The translations under genes and the position numbers were made by a program. The notes under the pieces are model-generated. The model saw only the letters and a program-made list of their open reading frames with translations. It had not been told where the DNA came from and searched no databases. A stretch of 64,000 nucleotides of DNA. Source: Oculina patagonica (lineage: Eukaryota). The DNA is taken from the NCBI RefSeq assembly GCF_052425735.1, contig NC_135759.1:28520001-28584000 (forward strand). The letters are read 5' to 3'. This document shows, in pieces, positions 63,717-64,000 of this stretch (position 1 is its first letter; each line of letters starts with the position of its first letter).

Positions 63717-64000
63717 ACACAAGACTTCAGTATACTTCAGTGTGAGCAATGCCGCGACCCGTGGGCTTGTTTTCATTTCACGATAAAGTTTCCGTAACCA
63801 CGAAGCACTGTTAAACCGATTAAATAAACAGAAAAATGGTAAATTGAAAGTCAATGAAAAAACTAACCTTTATTCCGATTTGGAAAGTTGTTCAAATCTG
63901 TAAGCATTAGTCTTGGCGTCTTCCAACTGTGCAACATCGGTCAAACACTTTCATACAGATTTCAATGATTTCTCGAATAATTCACTGTCTTCTTCAAGCT

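Overview
AT-rich, intron-containing animal genomic DNA. The SINE/MITE repertoire and gene types suggest a cnidarian, probably a stony coral (inference). Main content: (1) 2.6-26.5 kb, minus strand: three tandem two-exon paralogues. In each, a DZIP3-type HEPN (putative RNase) exon splices through a frame-consistent phase-1 intron onto a RING-less TRIM-NHL body (B-box, coiled coil, filamin, six NHL repeats). This is a candidate sensor-nuclease innate-immune system and the main finding. (2) A 5-exon, 139-aa gene with no recognisable family that the ORF track does not show. (3) A 5-exon M28B glutamate carboxypeptidase II/NAALADase-like gene. (4) An 8-exon VWA + DUF4537 (C11orf16/VWA3B-like) gene, head-to-head with a 5-exon AKIP1 orthologue. 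(5) A full-length, intact L1/Tx1 LINE with a 15-bp TSD, inserted in a MITE. (6) Many MITEs, SINEs and LINE fragments, a ~610-bp near-perfect palindrome and one N gap. Gene models were built by hand from GT-AG sites and frame continuity. Family calls come from remembered motifs, not database searches.
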